From NCBI GenBank assembly GCA_030141605.1, contig JAQGDQ010000086.1:553418-617417 (forward strand): 64,000 nucleotides of DNA. Direction: 5' to 3'. Every line of letters starts with the position of its first letter. The first letter of the stretch is position 1. The notes beneath the pieces are model-generated. The model was not told the origin of the DNA. It did not search any database and worked only from the letters and a program-made list of their open reading frames with translations. This document shows, in pieces, positions 47,651 through 60,900 of the stretch. Source of the stretch: Tubiluchus corallicola (lineage: Eukaryota; Animalia; Priapulida). Made by a program: the position numbers and the translations under genes.

Positions 47651-50600
47651 GTATGTTACTCAAGTTTCGGACGAAATTATTGCGACAACTTATAAACATG
47701 TCACTATTTTCTTATTTCAGATTGGCAGAATGTGTATTACTATTTATATGTTAAAATAGTTCCGCCCTCGAGACTGGTGAACACAACAGGTAATTCACAA
47801 AACTCCAAAAACTGCTTCTCCAACATTTGGTGTGGTAGTACTGCTTCCGTCAAGAAATAAATTTTCAGCATAACTGTACGTTACTAAACAGACATAACGT
47901 TTGATAAGATGCTAATATTATCTTTACCATATCGTAATACACTCTGAAGCCACGTCCAAATTGCACCATCCTTCCAGAAAATATTACAACATAAATTACA
48001 CAGAAAAAAATATAAAGTGCTTTTAATGTATGTAATGACTATGGATTAGTATGAAGTTATTAATATTAATATTAATTAAAATTTAGAAAACAGTTTAGAC
48101 GAGCGTGAGACTATTATTATATAATAACAGAGTATTATATACAGATTTATTTATGATTCATCGACATGCTTATTATAATAATTATTATAATTCATATTTT
48201 CCTTGTAATTGTGTTAAATAATATATTTAATATAATATAATAATAATTGTAACAATAATGATTTTAACTAGTATTTTAATTACTAGTAGTATTAGCTAGT
48301 GTATTAATACTAGTAGTGTTAACTAACATTTTAAATTAGAACAATGATTTAACAGTAGTTAATCCTTTTTCAGTTGTTCAAATCAAAGAAGTACATTCAG
48401 TAGGCACTAGTACTACGTTACACTTCGCCATACCACCTGTGCACTCATCATCTAGTAACAATCTGTTCTTATCCTACTTTCGCCCACTGATAGCTGAGCT
48501 TATTGGGTGTATGTTCTTTTTGTTTGTGGGTATCATGTCCGTGCAATACAAGGACAATCTTGTTGTAGCAATAGCGCACGGATTTGCTCTAACTGTCATG
48601 ATAGTGTGCACTGGACACATCAGGTAACTGTTTTTTATTTAACTCCAGGCGTGAGTACATTTTTATGCTTTCTCTAAAGTAAAGAAATGGTTATTATTGG
48701 TGCAAGCAAAATTTGTACTATTTTTGATACTTTTACGTTTTATGCATTTAACTCTGCATGATTTAATAAGTATTAAAGTTATGCACTTATTAATTGAGTA
48801 ATAAATTCGTAGTTGGAAAAACAGGACGGGTGCTATTATAGATCTTACTATTATAGAGTTACTATATATTTACTACATTAATATACAGGGATTCTAGGTT
48901 TTACGATGATGTGATGCCATCTGTCGACAAGAACAAGAAATACAACTTTAAGTAACTTTTATAGCATATACAACAGTTTGCAATATTATTAGTCATGATA
49001 GCGACTGGCTTTTATTTAGTGATCATAATAAGAGTTAATAGATTATTGTTAATATATAAAAGTTGCTTTACAGTATTGTAAAAGCTAATGTCTAAATATC
49101 AGAAATGCAGATGGAAATATCAGAGTGACGACAATGATAATAATGATTAAAATGCTACCCGATGATGGTGATGATGATGATGATAGTAATGATAGTGATG
49201 AAAATGGTGATGATGCCGAAGATTGATGATGGTGGTGGTGGTGAGGATGATGTTAACAATGGTGATGATTTTGATGGTGATGATGATGTTGATGATGATG
49301 GTGATGATGATGGTGATGATGGTGGTGATGATGTTAATAATGGTGACGATTTTGATGGTGATAATGAATATGATGATGATGAGTATGATGATAATGATGA
49401 TGATGTTGATGATAATGACGAAGAAGAAGAAGAAGATGATGATGATGATCACGATGACTGATACAAGATGTCGATGACGATTTAATTAAACTAAATTTTA
49501 CTTTTCAGTGGTGGCCATCTTAACCCTGCGGTGTCAACAGGCGCTTATATAGGCGGAGCGCTTCTTCCAAGAAAATTATTTCCATATTATTTAGCTCAGA
49601 TGTCAGGCGGCATCATAGCTGCTGGTTTAGTTCTGGTAAGTCATTCAGCTAGTGCTGACATCTAGTGGTGAACTGTTGTGTCAACATTGATTAATGGACG
49701 TCTGGCTTTAACAGCAAAATGAGGATTTTTTCTCTCGAAACTAGTAAAATGTTTGGTGAAAGTTTGCTAGACAAACAGGAGAAATTGCGTTTTTCCATTG
49801 GGCCAATTTTTTGGACATTTCAGTCTAAATTTGTGCTAGTTAAGTAAACTCTTCCATGAGTGCTCCAGTTTTATTATAGAGTTTAATAACTACTAGTACG
49901 TTATTATTTGACCTTTTGCAAAACGTAGTTTCTTTTATTTGGCAGATTGTGCTTGGAAAATGTTATCAACTAAAGAGTGAAAAATCGTGGTAGTACTATC
50001 CTTGCTGCATGGTATATATGCACAGTCTTTCTACTAAAGACAGTAAATTAAAAAAAATTACAAAAAAAGAATTTTTACTTCTAAGAATGCAAGGCAGTGT
50101 GTTTAGGTTGCAAAAAATCTTGAAATTTGAGATTTAGAACCGCTGCCAGGATATATAACTAATAAACCTTTAAATGTTGTACATGAAACAATTATATTTT
50201 CGTTCTTTAAATAATATAAAAATTAATTAATTAAGACAAAATTACATAAATTAATGTTTATATCAGTAATATTGTCACCAATATTATCAATATGATATTT
50301 TCGTTCTTTAAGTGCTGAATTCCTTTTATTTCTTTGCTTTTAATTGCTTTTTTGGCTCAAAAGCTACCAAAAATTGCATTTTCACATGACACTAGTGACA
50401 AAATTACATAAATTAATGTTTATATCAGTAATATATTATCAGTAATAATAATTAATACTTAATGTTAATATAATTAATTTAAATTCAGCCACTCTTATTC
50501 CTAACTCAAACATTTTTCCAGGGTATTCTCGGACCCAGTGATTACGTCGAAAGTGGTGGCGGTGTTACGACGTACGACACGAATGTAGTCAACGCCGCAC

Positions 50601-50951
50601 AAGCACTGTTGGCAGAAACTGTTATGACGGCAGTTCTCGTATTAGTGGTTCTCATGGCAGCCGTTGATCAGAAAAGTAATCTTGCGCCATTAGTTATTGG
50701 TTTTGCTCTAACCTGTTGTATTTTAGCTGGGTAAGTCAAAATAATTGTCTCATTTTAAGTTTATATATATCATAATTTGTTGTCAGCTATTGAAGCAGAG
50801 TACAAAGTAAGACAGCCCTACCATCTGCTGTCTTTTTTCAAGCCGTAGCGATTATTAGGAATATACACTTTTGCTAAGAGACTTGGTTATTTGCTAAGAA
50901 TTAGATGCAAAGCAGTCTCTGAATTTCACTCCATTCCTGTCTCTCTCTCTG

Positions 50952-51042
<91 letters not shown>

Positions 51043-51476
51043 TTGAAATGCCCATACTTTTTTCCTCCTTGTTTTGTATCATGTTGTCCTGACCATGTAA
51101 TTTATTGTCCAAAATTTTCTGTAATAAAAATACACGAACGTGTTATCATAGCAACTAGCACCATCTACTGAAAAGAAGCAGGAAAAATTCATTGAAAGAT
51201 GATGCTCCTGTTAACAAGCTATGATTTCTTTCAGTGGAGGGCTAACAGGGGCTAGTTTAAACCCAGCTAGAAGTTTTGGTCCAGCCATCATGTTCACCAT
51301 TGTAGCTAATTCAACCACTATGGAAGACATTCCAGTTTGGAGTCAACACTGGGTATATTGGTTTGGCCCATTTTGTGGTGCTTGTATGGCTGGAGTTATA
51401 TACAGGTACAACAGTTACTGCCATTGTTCCTGTTAATGTTGTTGTCATTGTCACCATCATCATCGTCATCATCATT

Positions 51477-51508
<32 letters not shown>

Positions 51509-51549
51509 AGTCATCATCATCGTAGTCATCATCATCATCATCATCGTAG

Positions 51550-51580
<31 letters not shown>

Positions 51581-52094
51581 AGTCATCATCATCATCATCA
51601 TCTTCATCTGTATCATTGACATGTCTTTCGTCATCGTGATAATTTATACAAGTCAGATAATTATTATCATTGTTTTTGTAAATAAATCCAGTCTATGAAA
51701 TGAAGTGTGAGAAAAATGAGGCGAATTCATAAGGAATTGCTTCAGTACCACGTCCAAAATTATTTTCATTCATTATTTCACCCAGCAAAGTAATTTAAAC
51801 TATACTAGAATTAGAATTAATTAGAAATAGAATTAGAATTATTTCAAAATTAGAAAACCCAAAGATTGATTTAGTGAGTTAATAGAAACAACTAATTCTC
51901 CAGTCAGGCTTTGAAAGCTCTTGACCTGGTTGAAAAGCGTTTTATTAACATTACAAAATGTTCAAATTTTATTATTCAAATTCAAATTTATTCAAATTTT
52001 TCCATATACCCTCCAACCCAGCTTTCATAAGTGTCTGCATTTCAGGACCTGCTTGGCCAACAGGAAACACAGAATGATTTTCAAAGGAGACTAA
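47605..52094 (+). CDS. AQP8: Aquaporin, AQP8/TIP-like
   Basis: Exons 47605-47650, 48374-48623, 49509-49635, 50522-50730, 51235-51405 and 52046-52094 join in frame; [35 protein letters not shown]; C-terminus RMIFKGD*. Confidence 0.93.
48374..48623 (+). CDS. AQP8: Aquaporin exon 2 (TM1-2)
   Basis: [18 protein letters not shown]...[18 protein letters not shown]. Confidence 0.93.
49133..49460. repeat. Degenerate (GAT)n repeat in aquaporin intron
   Basis: Seen directly. Confidence 0.9.
49509..49635 (+). CDS. AQP8: Aquaporin exon 3 (NPA1)
   Basis: [17 protein letters not shown]...[17 protein letters not shown]. Confidence 0.95.
50522..50730 (+). CDS. AQP8: Aquaporin exon 4 (TM4-5)
   Basis: [23 protein letters not shown]...[17 protein letters not shown]. 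Confidence 0.95.
50938..51038. repeat. (TC)n microsatellite
   Basis: Seen directly. Confidence 0.95.
51235..51405 (+). CDS. AQP8: Aquaporin exon 5 (NPA2, TM6)
   Basis: [17 protein letters not shown]...[20 protein letters not shown]. Confidence 0.95.
51452..51608. repeat. (CAT)n microsatellite
   Basis: Seen directly. Confidence 0.95.
52046..52094 (+). CDS. AQP8: Aquaporin last coding exon
   Basis: catttcag/G ACC...[15 protein letters not shown]; phase 2 matches. Confidence 0.8.
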
Positions 52095-52407
52095 CAAGGT
52101 AGTTGCCTTGTTTCAAATTTCAGTCTTCCAAACAGCAAACCTCTTAGTGTTGATTGAGTATTTCCAGTGTAATCAGAGAATGTTTTTCAACAAATGGGTT
52201 TATCATCAACCAAACAAATGGGTAAAAAATTAGAATTGACTGGAAATGTGGATGAACAGAAAGCTTTAATTGTCACTTTTTATGAAATTACCTGCCAAAG
52301 CCTATTGGGCTCTAGCTTACACGGCCTGTCAAGTGATATCCAACACTCGTTCGAGATTAGTCACTATAAAAAGTTGAACTGCTCCAGTGTCTGGTATACA
52401 TGTAACA

Positions 52408-52868
52408 TGTAATAAATGTTAAGTCAATTTTATGTAAATGTACTACTTACCTAGTGCAAACAAAGGTACGTACAGTGCAGTTAATTTGCTGTAATAGTAG
52501 TATTTACCTAGCGCTTATGTAAGAAATATGCAGCCAGTTTGATGTTAGTAGTTGTACCTAATACACGTGTAATAAATGTGCAGTACATTTGCTGTAATAT
52601 ATCCTTATCTATTATATACATAATTAATCTACAGTCATTTTGCTGTAATAGTAGTGCTGATCTGGTACATAAGTAATCAATCTACAGTCATTTTGCTGTA
52701 ATAGTAGTGCTTATCTAGTAGATAAGTAATAAATCTATGATCATTATTTGTTGTAATAGTAGTGCTTGCTTAGTACGTATGTAATAAATCGACACTCATT
52801 TTGCTGTAATATTAGTGCTTACCTAAATACGCAGTCAGTTAGTTATAATAGTAGTACTTGGCTACTAC
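52408..52868. repeat. Degenerate 53-bp tandem array, about 8 copies
   Basis: Unit about taataaatctacagtcattttgctgtaatagtagtgcttatctagtacataag. Confidence 0.8.
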
Positions 52869-54922
52869 ACTGCTTACTTCATGGTAACCATGAAGATATT
52901 CTCAGTGTGAGTATCCAGATAATGTTTTGAATGAACAGGGATGTTCGTTTACTTGTTATTGCTAGAGTGTATTGGAATAACTATCTAGTCTTCCCAGTGG
53001 CAATTTGTTAATTGTGAATAATATCAAATTGGTAATTATAAAACTTTGTAAATAAATAAAATATGAGTTTACAGAAATCGTATCTCCTTTATCGCAAACT
53101 GGGATTATTATTAAATTAGACTTTAAAAGACTATGTGTGCAAGTAAAATGTTGCAACGTAACAAAACTGGTATCTCCATCACTTTTGCTCTAGAGAACCT
53201 CCGTACTGTACAGGCCTCAAACTGACGCTTAAATTGCATTAATAAAAGCAAATCTAGCAATTCAACAATGTCTCCATGAAAAGACATATACACATACTAG
53301 TAATCAGACACATAAAATCAATTTTTTACAGAAATATTCCGTTTATTTCTCAACAAAAAGTTGACGTTTTTGGAAAACTAATCTACTCTTATCATGAAGT
53401 CATACGTTTTAATTATTATGACTGATACACACATTACAAGATTATAACTTTCAACAAGTTACAAAAAAAGAAAAACAACACAAAATCTAAAAACGCAGTC
53501 TATAATATTTCCACAAATTATGTAAAATGCCTCTCTCAAACATTAAGGCAATTTCACACAAAAATATTCAATGCACTACTATGCATCGTGTAAAAACTTA
53601 TAATGTAAAATTTGTGTATATTGTATACAAAACAAAATCTTTGGCAAAATCACTTATAAAACCTTGATGATACTAATAAAAACTGGAACAACTTAAGTTA
53701 AGAAAATTATGAAAATAAGATTTAACAGAGAGTATTGGCACATTGATGTTCTTATGCTGTTATTATTTTAATAAAAATAACTAGGGCTTAGCATCTCACA
53801 AGCTTTTGCACTACATAACTTAAAAAGTTAATTTTTCTGAATTTTCCCAAACAAAAATAAAACTTCTATGAGATACATGTACTACAGTTTGCTAATATTT
53901 CTTTTTGAAATAATTTTGTTTACAAATTAATATGCTATTTACATATCAGGTTTTTTCACATTGCTGAACGCAGTTTTAAATTCTCAAAGTTAGTTACTAA
54001 GTGCTGCATATAAACAATGGCACCTGTACCTAAGAGATAATGACAGCTAAACAATAGAAAGGCATCTAGATGTTATATATCACAATGAATGGATGAACAA
54101 TTTCAGAAATTTGGACAATATCATAATCAGCTGATCATAACAATTAAACATTAAGTTAGCCAGGCCATTTAATAAAATAGCTGTCATTGCACTGGAATGT
54201 TGCTGTACATAACAGCCTATCGTACAATTGTAACTTGTGAAATACACGTTTAAACATTTGGACGGAATGCTGACGATGGACATCAAAAATTTATACAAAA
54301 TCCCAACATTATGATATGTTCGCACTATAAAATACATAATTAGATAATATATAAACTATATAGTGTATAATATTATATATAAGTAAAGATTATTGATGTG
54401 ATATTTACTAGATAGCTAGATAATAATTATGTGTTTTATGCTGATTATACGTTGAAGTGGGTACATATTTTATTTCAGTAAGCTGCCATCTAATTGTGCT
54501 GCCTCTCTTTTTCAAGAGTTAACTTTTTCAACTTGGGTCACATATTTGGGTGCATTCACAAACTTATATGCAACCAAAAAGCTTGGTTAAATAAGAACAG
54601 CATGAATATTAAGCAATTTATTTAAAAGTTTGACTGGCTGGCTTTATTTCCAAAAATATGTATATGTATAAAATTTTATAGAAATTTGGCTGGGTTAAAG
54701 TCAATTTCTGTGATATGTATTACCATACTACTGAGTTATGTGTAGCTAAATTACCAGAAATTTTGAGCATTTTCATGCAGTTACTATAGCTAAATCTTTA
54801 ACTTTATCACATCCATATGGCTCTACTGCTGTAACACATTTGTATAGCCCAATTCTCTGACCTCAGAGACGTTCGAAACTTCTATCGCTCAATGTTCAGA
54901 CACAGATATATGGCTGTGTCTC

Positions 54923-54991
54923 TCAACACAGTTGTATGGTTGAATCTTGCTGGGGAATTAGATACTGATAACCATAACTGCTCGGAAGGTA
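54923..54991 (-). CDS. RBMS: RBMS probable last coding exon
   Basis: ttgcag/[22 protein letters not shown], followed by a long AT-rich presumptive 3' UTR. Confidence 0.65.
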   Translation of the reverse strand, partial: YLPSSYGYQYLIPQQDSTIQLC

Positions 54992-57900
54992 CTGCAATAT
55001 GAAAGAAACTGTGTGAACTTGTTACAATAAATAAAAAAACAGTTGACTTTTATTCAAAGGACTGCAAAGACCTAGAAATAATTAGGCTTTAAATCATCAC
55101 AAAGTGCTAACATTGCTGCTCAAAGTTAATGCGGGATAATGTCATACGCAATAAGTTATTTTCATGAATCAAAAACCGTGAGTAATACCTGTATGGTATT
55201 CAAACTGTAAACAGTTGCAAAGCTACTCTAGGGTAAGCTATGGTTCTGCAGTAAACTATTTTAGCTCAATTTTTTGGTTTTTGTTGTCATGCTAAAAAAA
55301 TTAAATCACTACTTTGTTGAACTTGCAGAAAATTTTGCAATACATGACCATAAAATTTTAGTTTTGTAAGACCAAACAAAATTACTTTCAAATTTATGCC
55401 CTTTGTTTATTAAATTTTACTCACACTTCCACCAAGTGGTACTTGATTCAAGTGGGAAAGTTGTGCAATGACACTGGAATTGTGCAGCGGCTGTACAGCC
55501 TCAGTGGTAACAGGAACGACCTGCAAAATATGCAAACTTGAACAAAAGTGAAATTATAATGACACTGAAGTAAGTGTTTTACACAATCACTGCAGTCACA
55601 ACTCTTGAACATTCCTAATTATTAGTTTTACCTATGCACCAGCACGGCATTAATACATGCATACTGAAAAATTAATGGAGGTTTTTTCGATAGATGTATT
55701 ACAACGTGAAAGTGGCAGACCAGCAGAGTTATCATTGCAATGGTACATTCGACTGCAGAGTTTCTTTGCTAAGAAATGTGCAAACAGGTCACACTAGAGA
55801 GCAAAATCTGCATGTCTGATTGTCTGTCTTACTGCATCTTACTGTGTGGGTTTAGTGTGTGCAAGAGTGAGCTGACTGACAGCAAACGCAATAAAATCTC
55901 ACAAAAGATTTTGCAACATTTTTACACTACAGAGAAATTACTCTTGACAGATCTCTGAGACTATATGTATAATGCTGTTGTAGCAAATAGTTAGGAACTA
56001 TTGGAGCTTTTAGTTAGGAGTAGAGCTTGTTTCTGTCACTACAAGAAGCATTCAGAGCAGCTGACAGTAAAATCACAGAGGCGTTCACACTAAACAACAA
56101 ATCAGCTCGCAGTAATGGTTGGAACTGTGTGCAATTTCTTGTCAATAATTCAAACTTACGAGTTTGCTGTCAGAGGGCAAATTCATGATGGAAAACTCGC
56201 TGGTCTGAACAAGGCTTAAGGTGTTCTTTCATTATCTAACTATAAAAATATTGTTTGAGAAATCTGACTAGTAGAAGTCTTAGAACAAACGTGGTTCATT
56301 TGCCTAATTGTTAGTGACTGATTCCATTGAACAGTGGCATATTTACCAATAGGCTAACTAGGCTGTTGCCTAGGGCATAACATTTTATGTTGGTATAAAT
56401 CACATATTTATAACACACCACAAAACAGTTATTTGGGCTGCCTTTATGTAAGGGTCGCACCTAACACATAAAATCGATTAAATGTATGTAATTAGTAATA
56501 GCCATGTGGTACTAGGTAATAATATGTATTATTAATACAGCAGAAGTACACTGTGCATTGCAGTTCATAATATTATATAATTTAAAACATAAATCCATAA
56601 CAGCGATGGGCGGGGGACTGAACTATCAGCCTAGGGCATTGTAATGTGTTGATATGCCATTGCCATTGAAACATTTCCTAGTTGCAACCATTTATTACCA
56701 CTAAAGTAGCTTTACTTGCATTACGAGGTGCTGCGAGGCACTGCACTGGCTCAAAGTACTGAACCTTATGTAGCACAGATTACAATTTTGTCTTCCGTTG
56801 ATAATGGGTTAGCATAGAGAAATTTATATTTTGTGTTACCTGTAGACCTGTGTTGAAACTGTCTGAGGCAAGCATTAGCATAAATCTCTGTTGCGTGAAC
56901 ACCGGAGTACAATGTTCTAAGGGATGCACTGTATTTGGGCTGCCAGCACATTAGATATTGTTATTTGGAGGCTGTGTGAACAAAATATTACCTGTAGCTA
57001 ATGTAGCTAATATTAATGAGCTGTAATTAGATTAACTTTTATATCAGAACATACGGGTAATTGTTGGTAGTTGCCTTGGAGATTCAAACACGGATTCTGC
57101 AGCCATGATGATGTAGGTGATGTTCCTACACTAGCGGAAGGCATGGCCAGACCATATCTTGGAAGGTGAGGCAATGCTATTGGCGTCAAAGCATTAGCAT
57201 GATGGTAGTCTCCACACAGAGCTGGCTGAAGAAATCCCTCTCCTTCTCTTCTCAAAGCCATGCATGTCTTTTTCCTTGTTTTACCATCTGCAAATTTTAC
57301 CAACAATGGCTCTTTTTCACCTAGATAAATGAAATCAGTGCATCATATTGTTTAGATGACTTTTTTGCAAAACTAGCATCCGTGTAAGAGTTTACCACAT
57401 TGGGTGCAATGATATCAGGTTAAAGGCCAAGGTCAGCTGATGAGGATTTTACCAAAACAATACCGCGCTTTCACATTAAAAGCATATCGATAAAAAGACA
57501 TGCCACATTCAATATTAATTTATTCTGTACATTTTATCTACCACACTGATTCTGACTTATTACCTAGTTGAGGGAGGCCATATTTACACAAGCATATGGC
57601 TAAGATGCAATACGTGATTTATGGTGTATTCTTAGAGAACTAGCCTTGGTAGTGATCCAGATTCTGGCTCTGCAATGTCCACATTAAATTAGCTAGTCAA
57701 AGCAATACAATCCAAACAGACTACTAAACTAAAGTAAGGTATCTAAAAGTATTCAGTGACTATATAGGCTCTCTGCAAAAGTACAACCTTTCAGACAAGT
57801 TCTTGACTTCTATTATATCTACACACATTACAGATTTGCTACAAATCTTACCATAAATATTCTTTCCATTGTATTGTTCGATGGCTTTGTCACACTTATC

Positions 57901-60900
57901 CTTGGATTCTAACCTGAAAATGTTAAGAAATTTGAATTAATATCTGTAGCTTGATTTACTTTCCTCTGAATTGTTTATATGTTCACACTAAATTTACTTT
58001 TGATGCACAGAACTTTTGTATGATGAACAAAGCATGAAGAAGTTCGGAGTTTGTTTTGGGCATAAGAACTAGGGTGATGATGATCGTGATAAATGTTATG
58101 GTGTTGAGTAACTGATTAACATCTCTGCCAGTTAGAGCACTTTGGTTTGGTGTTCTTTTAGGCAGTGCACCTTAACTTGTAATTGGAATGGCGCTACTTT
58201 TTTAAACTAGAATAAACTGTTATAACCGTAACTAAAAGAGTAAAAGATTGGAATAAAGTAAATGATTGGAATAACTATGCTCCAATTTAAAGAGCAGTGC
58301 CATTCCAATTACAATTAGAGCACTGCCTAAAAGAACACCACACCAAAGTGATCTAACAGGCATAGATATTAATTTATTACTCAACACTATAACAATAATG
58401 ATGATAACAATGACTGTGGTGATGGTGACGATGAAGAAAGTTGTTTAATAGTAGTAGTGTCTAGCAATTTCAATGGTCACAGCTAGTGGCTGCCCGTAGT
58501 TAAAATTAGTGGGGGTGCTGATTCAGAAAATTTTTAGCTATTGTTCTGATACTGTTTAAAATGAAACAAACATATGTGATTATAATGTTGTAATCTGTAA
58601 CTATAAACTTAAACAAACAAACATACCAAAATTTATACATAAACTTGATAAAATCCTAAACAAAAAAAATTATGCTCAGGAATAGCTGCAGTTCACCAGT
58701 ATACAGTTTTTAAGCAACTGACAACAAACTGTGTGAGTGACAATACTTTCTCTATCTAGTAGCAGCAGATGCAAGCAGTGCAGCATACAGTGTGTTATCT
58801 CAGACATGTGTGCATGGACCCATGCGCTTGATGCAAGTGGTACTACCCTTGTGCTCTAGTGCCGTACAAGTATAAAGAAAGAACTGAAGAAAAAAGACTT
58901 ATATTGAATATTATCGATAATATTGAGTAAAAATAGGTGGTGCTGCAGTACCAAGGTACCTATACATGAGCCGCTACTGCTCACAGCACATAAACTTCCA
59001 TTTTCCTTTCAGTTTTTCAGCACATTTTCCTTATGACATTGGCCAAGCCTAGTATTACATGCATTAGAAATTACATAAGGATGACTGCAATGATGATAAT
59101 GATAATGACAATAAAAATGATGACAAGTGGTGATGCTGATTACAGAGGAAGTTGCTAAACAAAGAGAAGTGTGTCTAGCATAGATTTAAATGCCACACCT
59201 GCACAGAAGAGAAGTTGCTAGTCTGCTTGTCAATAAGGACACCGGGTGTCACTAGGAGGATTGCCTAACAATTGCAGTTTCAATTGCACAACATAGCACA
59301 TTTGTTTGTCTAACGGCAGATCATAGAATTTGTAGAATGAGAACATGGTGCCCGTTGCTTGCCTTACTTTTTGCATGAGTCTAACAATGTCCTCTGCATA
59401 CGTGTGACATTTAAGTTGATGGTGCCTACTAGTTTTAGTTGTAGCAGAGTTATCTGTCTGCAACTGTTTTTCAGCACGTCTAGCTTATCAGCTTTTTGAA
59501 ATGTAACATGAGAATGAGTCAACATATGGCAACGAAGTTGCAGATTTATGGCAAACAATGAATTAAGAACTTGTGAACTTTACAAACTCCTCTAAAACTT
59601 CTGTTAAAAACTCTATATTGATTAGCATCCAAATTGGTAGGATAGTCAACCTGATCAAACCTCAGTTGCACCTTCTTACCTTGCAAATCCAACTCCACGA
59701 CTATTCCCGAGTGGATCCCTCAGGATTCTCGTACTGATAATGGGTCCATAACATTTTAGGATTCCCTCGAGTTCTGCCTCTCCAACAAAGCTTGGCAAGT
59801 TGGCAAAGTAGAGGTTGGTGGGATCTTGTTCCTGTTTCTGAAATTTAGAAAAGTTTTCATAGAAAATTAATAGATACTAGAAACAAGAAGTGTAAGTTAT
59901 GCAATTTTTGCAAAAAACAGTCAAAAAAGGAGGTTTTTCGTCTGTGTTCCTGCCGGTGGGCCAATTTCCAAACAATAAACTAGGTGCGAACCTATGGATG
60001 GAGACCTTTCGTTTGACGTTACAGATTGTTGAAAATGGTGCCATTCGTCAGAGCTGTATTATTAATAGATATGCTACATAAATTATTAAATTTTAAGGCA
60101 TGTTTTTCTTTTAAAGTGTTTGCACTACTTATGATCACAGGGCTGAGCAATCTCTATTGGAAGATATATTTGAATTTAATTGAATTGAATTATGTGAATT
60201 GGAATCAATTCTAATCTAAATCGAACTCAAATTCAGTTGCGAAGATTTTTGAATAAATTTTCAAATCGTTAATAAAATGTGGTCTCACAAAGATCATGCA
60301 CATCACTTGATTTTATTCTGCAGTAAAACAATAATAATAAAGTTCTACACAGGAATCAGAGCTAAACTGTGCTGACTGCCTGGGGTTTCAGACGTTTTAA
60401 TGATAAAGAACATCTTGTAGCTGAAGTGGTGGATTATTCGAATCTATAATTTCAGGTTTCAATCTAATTCAAACTAAAAATACTCAATCAAATCAAATTC
60501 GAACGTATTATGATCACTAGTAAAGATTACTCGGAAATTGTGCCCGACAAACAAGTCAAGATCAACAATGAATTCCTTTTCCCAAGTTTCTGGACACTGG
60601 GAATTTTAATGATGCAATTTTTTCTTGTACTTTGTTGAGTTTATGAATGATTACAGTGTGTGGTTTGCGATGAATGCTAAGTAATGCAAATCACTAAATT
60701 GATGGGTGACCATCGGTGCAACACTCTCTCCCTTTGTGGTTTCACTTACTAATCACGGTTGTTTAATTCACAGAGGGAGGACGTATTTACAACTACACGT
60801 GGCAATGACAACCCGTTTGGTTTGCATTGACAACCGGTTATGCGTTGAATCACCAGCGAAATTTTAGTACAATGAAAATGTGATGAAGCAAGTGCAACAA

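Noticed and set aside
49147-49477. Asp-rich and Met-rich ORFs
   Set aside because: (GAT)n repeat in aquaporin intron 2; the flanking exons join in frame without it
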